From: a virus
Taxonomy: Duplodnaviria; Caudoviricetes
Direction: 5' to 3' (one strand)
IMG/VR virus record: IMGVR_UViG_3300028048_000060
Coordinates: 90,737-154,736 of that record
Length of the DNA: 64,000 bases
This document shows, piece after piece, positions 49,246 through 58,886 of the stretch (positions within the stretch are counted from its first letter, which is position 1; each line of letters begins with the position of its first letter). Both the position numbers and the translations under genes were made by a program. The notes under the pieces were generated by a model, which saw only the letters and a list, made by a program, of their open reading frames with translations, made no database searches and was not told where the DNA came from.

Positions 49246-50346
49246 CTATTTCATTTCTATAACAATATAGTTCTGTGGACCAATTCTATTTAAGTCATTA
49301 GCCACAACAAATGCTCTTCCGCCTGACTGGATGATAGCATCTACATACCCTTTAACACTAGCAGGAGAAGAGTCCTGAATGTCAACATCTGTTCCTCCTA
49401 CCTGGATAACGAACTTAGTGTAGATGTTAAATCCTGATATCTTATAGACACCATTTAACTTTCCTGGAAGTATCATCTTAGGGATAATATAAGGAGTGTG
49501 ACACGAACTATTGCTTTGTCCTGATGCCATTACATACAATTCTCCTAAGCCATAGTCACCTGTAGATGGATAGTTTGGCCATCCTGGACAGTAACAACCC
49601 CATGCAATAAAGTCAAATGAAGGACTGTAGAAACTTTGGTCAGTCCAGGAGTGTGCATTTTGACGTCCATAATTTAAATCATCAGTTACATCTCCATTAT
49701 AGTATCTCAGGTATTCTGATGTGTTTTCTGTTTCCTTCATATAGTAAGGGTAATAGCCTCCTGAAGCAGGTGGAATATTGTTAAAAAATCCATCAGTGTG
49801 ATACTGAGTTGAACTAATAACACAGAAAGGATAATTTGCCTTAGATTCAAACTGGTCTATAAAACCTAGGTAAAAGTTAGATGAAAACTGATTGTTTATA
49901 TATAGAAATCCATATAAATGAAAATCATCAACACACGCAAAATACTCTAAGGAGTCATTTGAAGCAATGATAGTCTTAGTGTTTGAGAAGTCCTGTTGGT
50001 GGATGTCTTTGGTGTCATCAAAAGATGGAAATGTCCAAACTCCAATGTTAAAGGAGTCCTTAGAAAAGTCGCTTCCTGTTTCAAAGACAAAATACAATGT
50101 TTCTGAAGGATTACTTACAAACAACTGTCTTTGCTCTATTTCATCATTAGAAGCATAAGTAGAACTTGCTTCTATAGCTGAGTAAGGACTTTCATAATTT
50201 TCCTTATAATCTATGATATTCCAGTTTGCATCTGTGAATAACTGTTTTAAAATTCTTAGAAACTGTTTGTGGGCATTAACAGTCTTCAGACTCTCGTCTG
50301 ACATAGTCTCCTTCTGAGACTTGAAAAGTGTTCCTATACTGTACAT
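49246..50346 (-). CDS. probable virion structural protein
   Basis: L..F...NW N-terminal pattern and G.L.GVY..SG motif; operon context. Confidence 0.55.
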   Translation of the reverse strand: MYSIGTLFKSQKETMSDESLKTVNAHKQFLRILKQLFTDANWNIIDYKENYESPYSAIEASSTYASNDEIEQRQLFVSNPSETLYFVFETGSDFSKDSFNIGVWTFPSFDDTKDIHQQDFSNTKTIIASNDSLEYFACVDDFHLYGFLYINNQFSSNFYLGFIDQFESKANYPFCVISSTQYHTDGFFNNIPPASGGYYPYYMKETENTSEYLRYYNGDVTDDLNYGRQNAHSWTDQSFYSPSFDFIAWGCYCPGWPNYPSTGDYGLGELYVMASGQSNSSCHTPYIIPKMILPGKLNGVYKISGFNIYTKFVIQVGGTDVDIQDSSPASVKGYVDAIIQSGGRAFVVANDLNRIGPQNYIVIEMK

Positions 50347-50365
50347 ATTTTAATCACCTATAATA

Positions 50366-50776
50366 TCACCAAATCTCAATTCCTGAAGGTAAAAGTAAAT
50401 GACCTTCAGAAGTAAATCTTGGAATGTGCCCTGAGGTGTTTTGAACATCTGATTTTTCTACAAGTTCAAACTCCTTTGGCTCAGAACCATCATACTGTTC
50501 GTTATTAATAGTTAGGCTCTTAGAGACCTTAGTTGCTTCATTTGCTTTGTCAGAAGTTCCCTCAATAACCTGTGTAAATCTAAACTTAGATAACACAGTT
50601 GTTCTGGCCCCCTGAATGACCTGTTCCTCAGAACTGTCTTTAGAGAACTTTCTCTTTATTGTATTATTTAAGAGTTCCCAGTTATCATTAACAGGGATAT
50701 CCCAGTTTGTGCTAGATGTCCTTGGAATTTGGACTCCTTGGTCTAGTGTTTTTTCTATATCAGGTTGTCTTGACAT
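50366..50776 (-). CDS. short fibre-like structural protein
   Basis: NWDIPVNDNWELLN anchor (compare 948 ORF), A.K....TIN...YDGS and a GIEIW end. Confidence 0.55.
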   Translation of the reverse strand: MSRQPDIEKTLDQGVQIPRTSSTNWDIPVNDNWELLNNTIKRKFSKDSSEEQVIQGARTTVLSKFRFTQVIEGTSDKANEATKVSKSLTINNEQYDGSEPKEFELVEKSDVQNTSGHIPRFTSEGHLLLPSGIEIW

Positions 50777-50787
50777 TCTAAATTCCT

Positions 50788-51384
50788 CTATGGATTATTT
50801 TGCTTAGGCTTAGATGGATCACAGTTGTTTTCCTTACACTTCTCACAAGTCTCATCACAATGACACTTTGGTTTGAGTTTAGGATAAATGTTCCATTTCT
50901 TTCTGTCTTCTTCACTTAATCCGTCTTTAAGAATCTCTAACCACTCAAACTTAAAAGTCGCTGAAAATGAGTTAACCACAGTGTTGTCTGTAGATGTAAG
51001 ATTAACATCTCCTATGCTTTCTAACATACAGTTCTTAAAGAACTCAGTGAATAAAAGTTTTCCTTTGTTATTATAGACTTGGACATAAAAATCAAACTCT
51101 ATCTGTGCGTAAGTTCCATTCACTAAAGACTTAGCATCTACAATGTTCTGAAAGAATGAGTTATAGATTTCAAAGTTTTCATCTATAAGAATGTCTAAAC
51201 TTAAGTCTGAGAATGAGTGTGCACTTGGAGCAAAGTAAGCACCTAAGGCAAATGTTTTAGCATTTCCAAGTTCCAGGTTAACTCCAGGAAGACTTACAGA
51301 CTGAAGATAAAATTCCAGTCCTTTTATCTGAGGACACCCAGCAATAAAGTTTGTCTTTTGTGCAAAGTTAAGTGAAGTTTCCAT
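50788..51384 (-). CDS. gp3: tail completion/tube terminator (T4 gp3-like)
   Basis: EFYLQSVSLPGV.L, FSDL...LIDEN..IY and F.ATFKF. Confidence 0.7.
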   Translation of the reverse strand: METSLNFAQKTNFIAGCPQIKGLEFYLQSVSLPGVNLELGNAKTFALGAYFAPSAHSFSDLSLDILIDENFEIYNSFFQNIVDAKSLVNGTYAQIEFDFYVQVYNNKGKLLFTEFFKNCMLESIGDVNLTSTDNTVVNSFSATFKFEWLEILKDGLSEEDRKKWNIYPKLKPKCHCDETCEKCKENNCDPSKPKQNNP

Positions 51385-51548
51385 AGTCTAATACCAAAGT
51401 CCAATACTTTTGATTGTATTTATATTTTGAATTTAAGTCAAATTTGAAACAAAATTTTTGAGATTTTGACGAATGAACACTTGAAACCACATATATTGTT
51501 TATTATAATAAAATAATAACTGAACAATTTATTCAAAGGAGTTTAAGA

Positions 51549-52379
51549 GTGAAACATAACTACACAAATGAACTGGAATTAAAATCCATAATCATCAGAA
51601 TTCAAACAGCTAGAAAACTCAGTAAGACAGAAGGAAGTTCAAAAACTATAACAGTCAACTCTCCCAAAAACATTAGAGACAACAGAAAGATCAATAAGTA
51701 CATTAAGCTTCTATCCAGTATCTCAAAGAAACCAGAAACTGACAAGGCTAGGTTCCAGTCCTTTAAAAATAAGGTAACAGATTTTATCATCAAGAAGTCT
51801 GAGAATACTCCAGTTGACAACCTTAACTATGAACGTTTTGGGCTTATCATTATGGAGATGGTAAGACACATTTTGACTAAACCCCAGTTCAGAGGTTACA
51901 CCTACTATGATGACTTTATGTCAGATTCAGTATTCAAGATTTTGAAGTACTTAGATAACTTTGACCATACTATTATTTCTAAGAGAAGTGGTGAGCCAGT
52001 AAAGGCATTTGCTTACATCTCACAGATAATTACAAATTCCATTATCTTTATAATATCAAAGAATAAAAAAGAACAGGACTTTATTAAGCAACAACTTAGT
52101 ATCCAGTTTAATAATGATAACATTCTGGAACCTTGGGAAGTAAAGAAAAAGACTGAAGAAACTGTTGAGAAAGAAGTCTTTGTTAAGTCTAAGGGAATTA
52201 TAAAGAGGATATATGACGCCATCGAGTCTGAGAAAGAATTCTTAAAGGGTCCTAAGAACACTTTGATTATTCGATGTTCTGAGATGGATGATGTAGACAT
52301 AGATGAACTCAGTGCTATTGAAAGCATTAAGAGAGTGTATAAGAATGTTAAGTTTAATCCAAAACAGGACAAGGAGTAA
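51549..52379 (+). CDS. gp55: late-transcription sigma factor (T4 gp55-like)
   Basis: NY..E..L, KPQFRGYTY.DDF.SD...LKYLDNFD and AFAYISQI. Confidence 0.88.
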   Translation: MKHNYTNELELKSIIIRIQTARKLSKTEGSSKTITVNSPKNIRDNRKINKYIKLLSSISKKPETDKARFQSFKNKVTDFIIKKSENTPVDNLNYERFGLIIMEMVRHILTKPQFRGYTYYDDFMSDSVFKILKYLDNFDHTIISKRSGEPVKAFAYISQIITNSIIFIISKNKKEQDFIKQQLSIQFNNDNILEPWEVKKKTEETVEKEVFVKSKGIIKRIYDAIESEKEFLKGPKNTLIIRCSEMDDVDIDELSAIESIKRVYKNVKFNPKQDKE

Positions 52380-52382
52380 TAT

Positions 52383-52640
52383 ATGGAAGAAGTTGAAATG
52401 GCAGAAGTAAATCCTGTTGACCTGGAATATGCTAAACTTACAAACAGAATTTTAAAGTTTATCTTAGAGGAAAGAGAGAAAGACTCGTCTATTCCTATTG
52501 TTGACTTGATTATGTCTTTTTGCTTTAAGAACGATGTGGATCCTGTTGAAGCAGGTGATGCTATCTCACAGGATTATTATCTAAAGCAACTCATAGAGAA
52601 CAATATGAAATCAAAGGACCTATCAGAAACAGACTGGTGA
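52383..52640 (+). CDS. gp33: late-transcription coactivator (T4 gp33-like)
   Basis: Size; IVDLIMSFC.KNDVD.......IS....LK..IE pattern; adjacent to gp55. Confidence 0.7.
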   Translation: MEEVEMAEVNPVDLEYAKLTNRILKFILEEREKDSSIPIVDLIMSFCFKNDVDPVEAGDAISQDYYLKQLIENNMKSKDLSETDW

Positions 52641-52801
52641 TTTTTTAAAAGTTTGACCTATATCATATTTTTTTACTTCTCATATAAATAAATTAAAAAA
52701 GGTTGACCTGCTTCAAATTTTTTAATATAATAATAATGTAAAGAATATCTTTACGAAGTAGGTCTAAGTTGATTTTTATTTTGATATATAGGAGAAATAA
52801 A

Positions 52802-52876
52802 ATGAGAGAATTTAAGAACACTGAATACAAGCCAGTAACAAAAGAGTATCATTTTACTTACGTTTTTAGAGGTTAA
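52802..52876 (+). CDS. 24-aa small ORF upstream of endonuclease VII
   Basis: AGGAG RBS; MREFKNTEYKPVTKEYHFTYVFRG*; promoter TTGACC-17-TATAAT at 52703-52731. Confidence 0.4.
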   Translation: MREFKNTEYKPVTKEYHFTYVFRG

Positions 52877-52883
52877 TTTTGCT

Positions 52884-53411
52884 ATGGAAAACACACCTAA
52901 TCCCGAAGAGTTAGAATTAAGAGACTTAAAAACATCAGAGATAAAAGAAATAAAAGCACAAATACTAGAGTCTCAGGGATTTAGGTGTGCTATCTGTGGT
53001 AAACCTTTAACGTTAGAAGAGAGTGTCCTGGACCATCAACACAAAATGAGGAAATCAGACGAAAATGGTCCAGATGGAAATGGCTTAGTCAGAGGAGCGC
53101 TTTGCCAAGGGTGTAACTTAGCAGAAGGAAAGATAACCAATGCGTTATTCAGATTCCTTCAGATTAGAACGACAAAGGATAGGATCCTGTTCCTCCAGAA
53201 ACTGATAGAGTATTACTCTAAGGGAACCTATCCTTTTGTTCATCCAACTGAGGTCAAGAAAGAACCTCAAGTTTCAAAGAAAAACTTTAATAAGTTGAAC
53301 AAGCTATATTCTAAGGAAACAGGAAAGGTCTTGGAATACCCAAAATCAAAAAAACTCACTAAAAAACTAAAAGTCTTATTTGAAAAATACAACATAAACC
53401 CTTATAATTAA
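52884..53411 (+). CDS. gp49: recombination endonuclease VII (T4 gp49-like)
   Basis: Q.FRCAICG, LDHQH, VRGALCQGCN.AEG and HP. Confidence 0.9.
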   Translation: MENTPNPEELELRDLKTSEIKEIKAQILESQGFRCAICGKPLTLEESVLDHQHKMRKSDENGPDGNGLVRGALCQGCNLAEGKITNALFRFLQIRTTKDRILFLQKLIEYYSKGTYPFVHPTEVKKEPQVSKKNFNKLNKLYSKETGKVLEYPKSKKLTKKLKVLFEKYNINPYN

Positions 53412-53518
53412 ATGCTTTAAATGCTCTTTAAACATCAAAGAGCATTTTTTTAAAAAAATATTGTTTTTTGTGATTTTATATATAATATAATTATAGAAGA
53501 TATTAAAAAGAGACTTTT

Positions 53519-54769
53519 ATGAAAGATAAAACAAAAACTCTCCTTATAGGAGAAATACAAGTTACACCTTTTGATTCTAGTTATAATGAACTAGATAGAA
53601 TGATGTTCTTATCTAAAAATCTCTATAATACTTGTTTATATGTAGAAAGACAGATTTTCTTTCAGAAAAGAGATTCTAAAGATTCTAATCTAAAAGGGTT
53701 TATAGGTAACTTTGAACTGTCTAAACAGTTGCAAGACGCAAATAATCCCGATTATAGAGCTTTACCTGTTGCTGTTTCACAGCAAGTATGTAAACAAGTG
53801 TATCTAGCATATAAATCATTCTTTGCTTTGTATAAAAAGGGTTTAAAAGCTAGAATACCTAAGTACTTAGATAAGACCAAAGGTAGAAACAGACTTTCTT
53901 TTCCAAAGAATGCTATTTCAAGGACGATTAAAAATGGAGTTATAAAACTTACGGGTTTAAATTGTACGTTTGAACTCCCTGAGTATATAGAACCTGAATC
54001 AGTTCAACAAATAGATATAATCAGGACTCAAAACAGAACTATAAAAATTTTGATTATCTATTCTACTGATAAGATTCCTCTAAAAGAGGATAATAACAGA
54101 GTACTGGGTATTGATTTAGGTTTAAATAACTTGATGTCTGTAGTGTCTAACACTAACGACTTCAAACCTTTAATCTATGATGGAAAGTATTTAAAATCTG
54201 TAAATCAGTTTTGTAATAAACAAGTTTCTAAACTTAAATCTTTATCCAAAAACATTATAACGGAGAAAATATGTTCTATCTATAGAAATAGAATGAACAA
54301 AATAAATAGTTGTCTACATAAATATAGTTCTGATTTAATTAATCAAGCAGTTTCTAATAACTTCAATACCATTGTAATTGGTAAGAACACATCTTGGAAA
54401 CAAGAGATTAACTTAGGACGTAAAAACAATCAAAATTTTGTTTATATACCTTTTAATAATTTAATTAATAAAATTAAATACAAAGCATCTTTAAAAGGAA
54501 TAAACGTTATAGAGACTGAAGAATCATATACTTCTAAATGTTCTTTCTTCGATGATGAATTTCCATGTAAACATGACATATATCAAGGTGAAAGAATACA
54601 CAGAGGTTTATTCAAAAGTTCTAAAGGAACTATAAATGCAGATTTAAATGGTGCTTTAAACATAATAAGGAAAGTCTTTAAAGATTTCAGTTATAAAACA
54701 TCTAACTTAAATATAGACTTCTTTAAAGACATTATAAAAGTAAACCACGATTTTACTGTTTCACAGTAG
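53519..54769 (+). CDS. tnpB: TnpB, clade with rearranged RuvC-II
   Basis: SKNLYN, LGIDLG, IVIGKN.SWKQE, EESYTSKC and NADLNGALNI. Confidence 0.9.
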   Translation: MKDKTKTLLIGEIQVTPFDSSYNELDRMMFLSKNLYNTCLYVERQIFFQKRDSKDSNLKGFIGNFELSKQLQDANNPDYRALPVAVSQQVCKQVYLAYKSFFALYKKGLKARIPKYLDKTKGRNRLSFPKNAISRTIKNGVIKLTGLNCTFELPEYIEPESVQQIDIIRTQNRTIKILIIYSTDKIPLKEDNNRVLGIDLGLNNLMSVVSNTNDFKPLIYDGKYLKSVNQFCNKQVSKLKSLSKNIITEKICSIYRNRMNKINSCLHKYSSDLINQAVSNNFNTIVIGKNTSWKQEINLGRKNNQNFVYIPFNNLINKIKYKASLKGINVIETEESYTSKCSFFDDEFPCKHDIYQGERIHRGLFKSSKGTINADLNGALNIIRKVFKDFSYKTSNLNIDFFKDIIKVNHDFTVSQ

Positions 54770-54894
54770 AATTTTGGTGTAGTGGGATTGGTCGATTCCT
54801 TCAAGTTATAATTAACTTGTAAATGTAGAAAATGTAAATGTTATTTTTCTACAGTGACTTAAATTATCTTTTGTTTAATAATTAAGGAATTTTT

Positions 54895-55527
54895 ATGATT
54901 GTTTTTGAAGGGATAGACTGTTCAGGAAAGACAACTGCCATCCAGTATACAAAGAAAAAGTTAGAACAACTAGGTAAAGATGTTATCATAATGGATGACT
55001 GGACTGGAGACAAAAAGTTAAAATATGAACTCTTAGACCTCTTGGAAAAGCCAAATTCAGACACTGTTGAAGGATTAAAAGAACAGTTTGATATCGTGAT
55101 TAAAGCAAGAAAGGAAACTTTAAAGTTGTTATCTTATATAGAAGAGATTAAATCTAAGAACATAGTTATTCTTTATGACAGATACTGTATTAGTACTTTA
55201 GTATATCAGGTTTTAAAATTTCCTGAGACTCAGAGAGAAAACCTTATAAAAGAACTGAAGTCAAGTATAATTCCATTTGACTTAGTCTTAGTAGTACCAA
55301 CTGAAGAGTTCATTAGAGTCAAAAGACAAGAGTTTTTATCTAAGAGAGAAAATACAGAACAGGACTTAAAAGACCAAACATCGAACACTAAGCTATTCAA
55401 TGAAATCTATGGAACTGATGAATTTAACGAAATAAAGGATTTTATAAAATCCTTTAGAGCTATCTATAATCCAGGAGATGAAAGGTTCTTCAAGGACTTA
55501 GATAACTGGATTTCAAAACATTTTTAA
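54895..55527 (+). CDS. tmk: thymidylate (dTMP) kinase
   Basis: FEGIDCSGKTT and YDRY..ST.VYQ. Confidence 0.85.
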   Translation: MIVFEGIDCSGKTTAIQYTKKKLEQLGKDVIIMDDWTGDKKLKYELLDLLEKPNSDTVEGLKEQFDIVIKARKETLKLLSYIEEIKSKNIVILYDRYCISTLVYQVLKFPETQRENLIKELKSSIIPFDLVLVVPTEEFIRVKRQEFLSKRENTEQDLKDQTSNTKLFNEIYGTDEFNEIKDFIKSFRAIYNPGDERFFKDLDNWISKHF

Positions 55528-55655
55528 AACTTAATCTTATATAAAGATATTAAAAATTTTCATCAAAGAGGCTTTTAATGCCTCTTTTCTTTAATTCATT
55601 TTAAAACTCCAAGGCAATTATAAATAAGCATAAAGCCAATTAGGGAGCATTTTAA

Positions 55656-58600
55656 ATGAATTTCAAAGCATTTTTAAAAAATAATCTTATCTCAGAGAGT
55701 ACTTTTCTCTTTGAAGATGGTGATACTGAACAACAGAAGAAAACGTTCATTCAATCAGCATATAAAAGAGTTTATCCAAATGGAAACGAAACTGACCCTA
55801 AAAAACAGTGGAATGCAGTTCGTTCAAAGGCATACTATACGCTAACTAAGGGTTCAAGACCTGAAACAAGAAAAGCAGTTCAACAAGCAAAGGGCGCTCT
55901 TAATGCAGGAAAAACTAGATTTGATTTAGAGGATAAGAAGTTAGAAGATAGCGAGAAAGAAGCTAAAGAAACATCCCAGAAAATTTTAGACCATCTTGAA
56001 GACTGGACAGAAGAAGATTTTGCGCAATTAGAGGATTCCATTAAGAACAGTGGAAGTTCATTTGTTCTGAATGCTGTTACATCACTGGAAGACCTTAAAA
56101 ACGTTTCTGGTAATTTGGATTCTAAAGACCAAGATCTTCTGTTTGACCTTATCAAAAATCAAGAACAAGAAGAAAAAGAGACTATAGACTGGAAAGACAA
56201 GACCTTTGATGACTTAGGGTCTATTCCTCAGGAGGACTTCGATAAGATAAAAGGCAAGTTAAAGGAAACTTTAGGAGTCGATGACAGTGTTAAGTTAGAT
56301 TCCATAGACGAATTAAAGGAATACTTAAAAGATAACCAACTTAATGATGACCAAATCAAAAACCTTGACGCACTGTTAGACACTGAAGGAACACCTGGTG
56401 GAGAAGCAAAACAGGTTCCAGTACAAACTACTGGACAACAGGAACCTTTGAAACCTCAGGAAAACAAAGTTCCAGTCTCAACAACAAACCAGGAAATCTT
56501 AGATAATATACAGAAGAAACAACAGGAACAGGAACTTAATGACCATCTAAAGAAACTTGGATTAGATATCACTTCCTTAGATACAGGAGACGCTGAGGTC
56601 GTTCAAAAGATAATCGACTCAGGAGACCCTTTACTCTATGATACCTATATCGCTAAGAACTTGCCTGAGGAAAGTGAAATCGTCCAGAAGATTAAGAGAG
56701 AAGAGGAAGTTCGTCAACAGGTTCAGAGAGAAGCATTAGAACGAAGAACTGACCGCTTTGAAGAACTAAAAAAGTCAGGAAAGGTCTTAGCAGGTGTTGG
56801 TGTTATCTTTGATGTCTTAGTATCTGCTTTGTCAGGAAAAGGAAGTAACTTCTTTGAGACGATGGCTCAGAAACAGACTTTAGCTAAGGGAATTGCCGAA
56901 GGAATTACAAATCAGTTATCAGACCAGTATGAAGAAAGAATCTCAAACGAAGACTCAAATCATGCTAAAGAACTGGATGCTTTAAAGACTAACTATGACC
57001 AAAGACTGAAGGACTTAGAGTCTCAGAAAGCAGATCCTTCAAAGACTGTTGCTTATAAGAAGTTAATAGCTATGGCATCTCAAAAGTACAGTGAGTCTAT
57101 GTCTGAACTTAAAGCAATAACTCAAGAAGCAAGTCAAAGAGTTGCTGATGTTTCTTCATTAAATGTCTTTTTAACGACTGACGACTTCTCAGGTTTAGAC
57201 TCAACAGTTAAGACTCAGATGACTAAAGTTTTATCTGAGAAGTATCCAAGACAAAAGATACAGAACGAAGATGGAACTGAAGTAGAAGAAAATGATGATG
57301 CATATTTAGAAAGAATAAAGAAAGAAGCTAAGGGTGATGATATTCAAAAAATCATAGACGAAGCAAATGATGACTTATCTCAGTGCAAGGAGAAAGAAAA
57401 GGAATTAGATGATTCATTTAATAAGAGTCTAGAAGACTTAAAGCAAAATCCTGAAGTCCAAGACGAAATGAAGTTAGCTGAACAGACCTACAAGAGTCAA
57501 AAGGCTATTATACAAAGTGAGTATGATAAAGCAGTAGCAACTGAGACCACAAGATATGAAAAGACTGTTCATTGTCTTAGAAAGACCATGGATGAAAACA
57601 AACGCTTTTTTAAGAATATTAGTGTGCTAGCTATGTACTCAGATAATCCTCAGGACATTATAATTCAAGAAATGGCTTCTAGAAATAAGAAACTCCAGGA
57701 CAGAGCAAAGTTAGAAACAGGAACTGAGATTTTCAACGAAGAAAATTGTCCTTCTGACCCTAAAAAACTTAAAGAATGGTTTGAAAATGCTTCAAAGGGT
57801 TCAGAAGGTAAACCTAAGAAAGGAAAAGACAGAGACGATGATGATGATGATGACGATGATACTCCAAAGAAACTGAAGAAACCAAACGAAGGCGAAGGTG
57901 GAGATGGCGGAACTGGTGGCCAGGGAGAACCAGATCCTGATGAAACTAAGAAGAAAGAACAGAAAGCACAGACAGTTCAAACCATCAAAGACACAGTGTC
58001 TAAGATAAAAGATAAGTTTAAAGATAAAGAAAAAGCACAAAAACGTTTTAATGAATTCTTAGCATCAAAAGGTCTAGACCCCGAAAAAATTGATGATTTA
58101 GGTGAAACAGACCTCGAGGCATTCAATAATGCTTTAAATGAGTTTACGTCTCAGAAGTTCCCAGCAACTGCTGATGAATGTGAAAAGTTAGGAATTACAG
58201 ATAAAGATGGAAAACCTCTTACACAAGAGTCATTAAATGAGTTACTTAAAGATAAAGACTGGCTAAAGGAGAAAATGAGCGAGTATGGTTTCGATGATGA
58301 CGAAGGAAAAGCAATACCTAAGAAGACAGACCCTATAACAGTTAAACCTGATAACTTTGAAGATATCAAGAAGTTGGGATTAACAATCAACGGAGCAGAT
58401 GGAAACCCTTTGGACTTATCTAAATTAGACGATGACAAGTGGAAGGAACTTTTAACAGATGATTTTAAAGCTAAGTTAGAAGAACAACTTCAAAGTCCTG
58501 AGGTCTTAAAGACGTTGTCTGAGAATGTTTTTAAGAATGAAGAAGCAGAAATAAAAGAGCTAAAAGACGAAGAACAAGATAAAGACAATACTAAGTTGGG

Positions 58601-58886
58601 AGAAATGAACCTTAAAACACTTTGGACTTTATTAAACAAAGAAGGAATTTCTATCAGAGCGCTTCCTGGATATAAAACTGATATGGAACCTGAAGAAAAG
58701 GCAAAACTAATTAAAGATTACATCAGTAAACATAAAAATGTTGGAAACTGGAGTAACTTAAACGAGTCCAAGACATCTCAGAAGCGTCTAGGTTCTCTTA
58801 TAGAAGCAAACAACAGAAAGATTCAAAAGAGGTCTTTGAAGAAGTTTGCTGAATTGTTGGTTAATGATGTAAGGACCTTTGGATAA
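55656..58886 (+). CDS. large acidic coiled-coil protein, probable internal/ejected virion protein
   Basis: 1076 aa; MNFKAFL..LISE-S, LFE-D, LNE-S and LIE-A sites; one hydrophobic segment; late promoter upstream. Confidence 0.6.
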   Translation: MNFKAFLKNNLISESTFLFEDGDTEQQKKTFIQSAYKRVYPNGNETDPKKQWNAVRSKAYYTLTKGSRPETRKAVQQAKGALNAGKTRFDLEDKKLEDSEKEAKETSQKILDHLEDWTEEDFAQLEDSIKNSGSSFVLNAVTSLEDLKNVSGNLDSKDQDLLFDLIKNQEQEEKETIDWKDKTFDDLGSIPQEDFDKIKGKLKETLGVDDSVKLDSIDELKEYLKDNQLNDDQIKNLDALLDTEGTPGGEAKQVPVQTTGQQEPLKPQENKVPVSTTNQEILDNIQKKQQEQELNDHLKKLGLDITSLDTGDAEVVQKIIDSGDPLLYDTYIAKNLPEESEIVQKIKREEEVRQQVQREALERRTDRFEELKKSGKVLAGVGVIFDVLVSALSGKGSNFFETMAQKQTLAKGIAEGITNQLSDQYEERISNEDSNHAKELDALKTNYDQRLKDLESQKADPSKTVAYKKLIAMASQKYSESMSELKAITQEASQRVADVSSLNVFLTTDDFSGLDSTVKTQMTKVLSEKYPRQKIQNEDGTEVEENDDAYLERIKKEAKGDDIQKIIDEANDDLSQCKEKEKELDDSFNKSLEDLKQNPEVQDEMKLAEQTYKSQKAIIQSEYDKAVATETTRYEKTVHCLRKTMDENKRFFKNISVLAMYSDNPQDIIIQEMASRNKKLQDRAKLETGTEIFNEENCPSDPKKLKEWFENASKGSEGKPKKGKDRDDDDDDDDDTPKKLKKPNEGEGGDGGTGGQGEPDPDETKKKEQKAQTVQTIKDTVSKIKDKFKDKEKAQKRFNEFLASKGLDPEKIDDLGETDLEAFNNALNEFTSQKFPATADECEKLGITDKDGKPLTQESLNELLKDKDWLKEKMSEYGFDDDEGKAIPKKTDPITVKPDNFEDIKKLGLTINGADGNPLDLSKLDDDKWKELLTDDFKAKLEEQLQSPEVLKTLSENVFKNEEAEIKELKDEEQDKDNTKLGEMNLKTLWTLLNKEGISIRALPGYKTDMEPEEKAKLIKDYISKHKNVGNWSNLNESKTSQKRLGSLIEANNRKIQKRSLKKFAELLVNDVRTFG

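Noticed and set aside
22819-54769. Cas12/type V CRISPR effectors or complete autonomous IS elements
   Set aside because: The proteins are TnpB-sized (412-441 aa) with IS-type right ends; no arrays, cas1/cas2 or tnpA are in the window.
57833-57860. GAT/GAC microsatellite
   Set aside because: It encodes a poly-Asp tract inside a low-complexity protein region.
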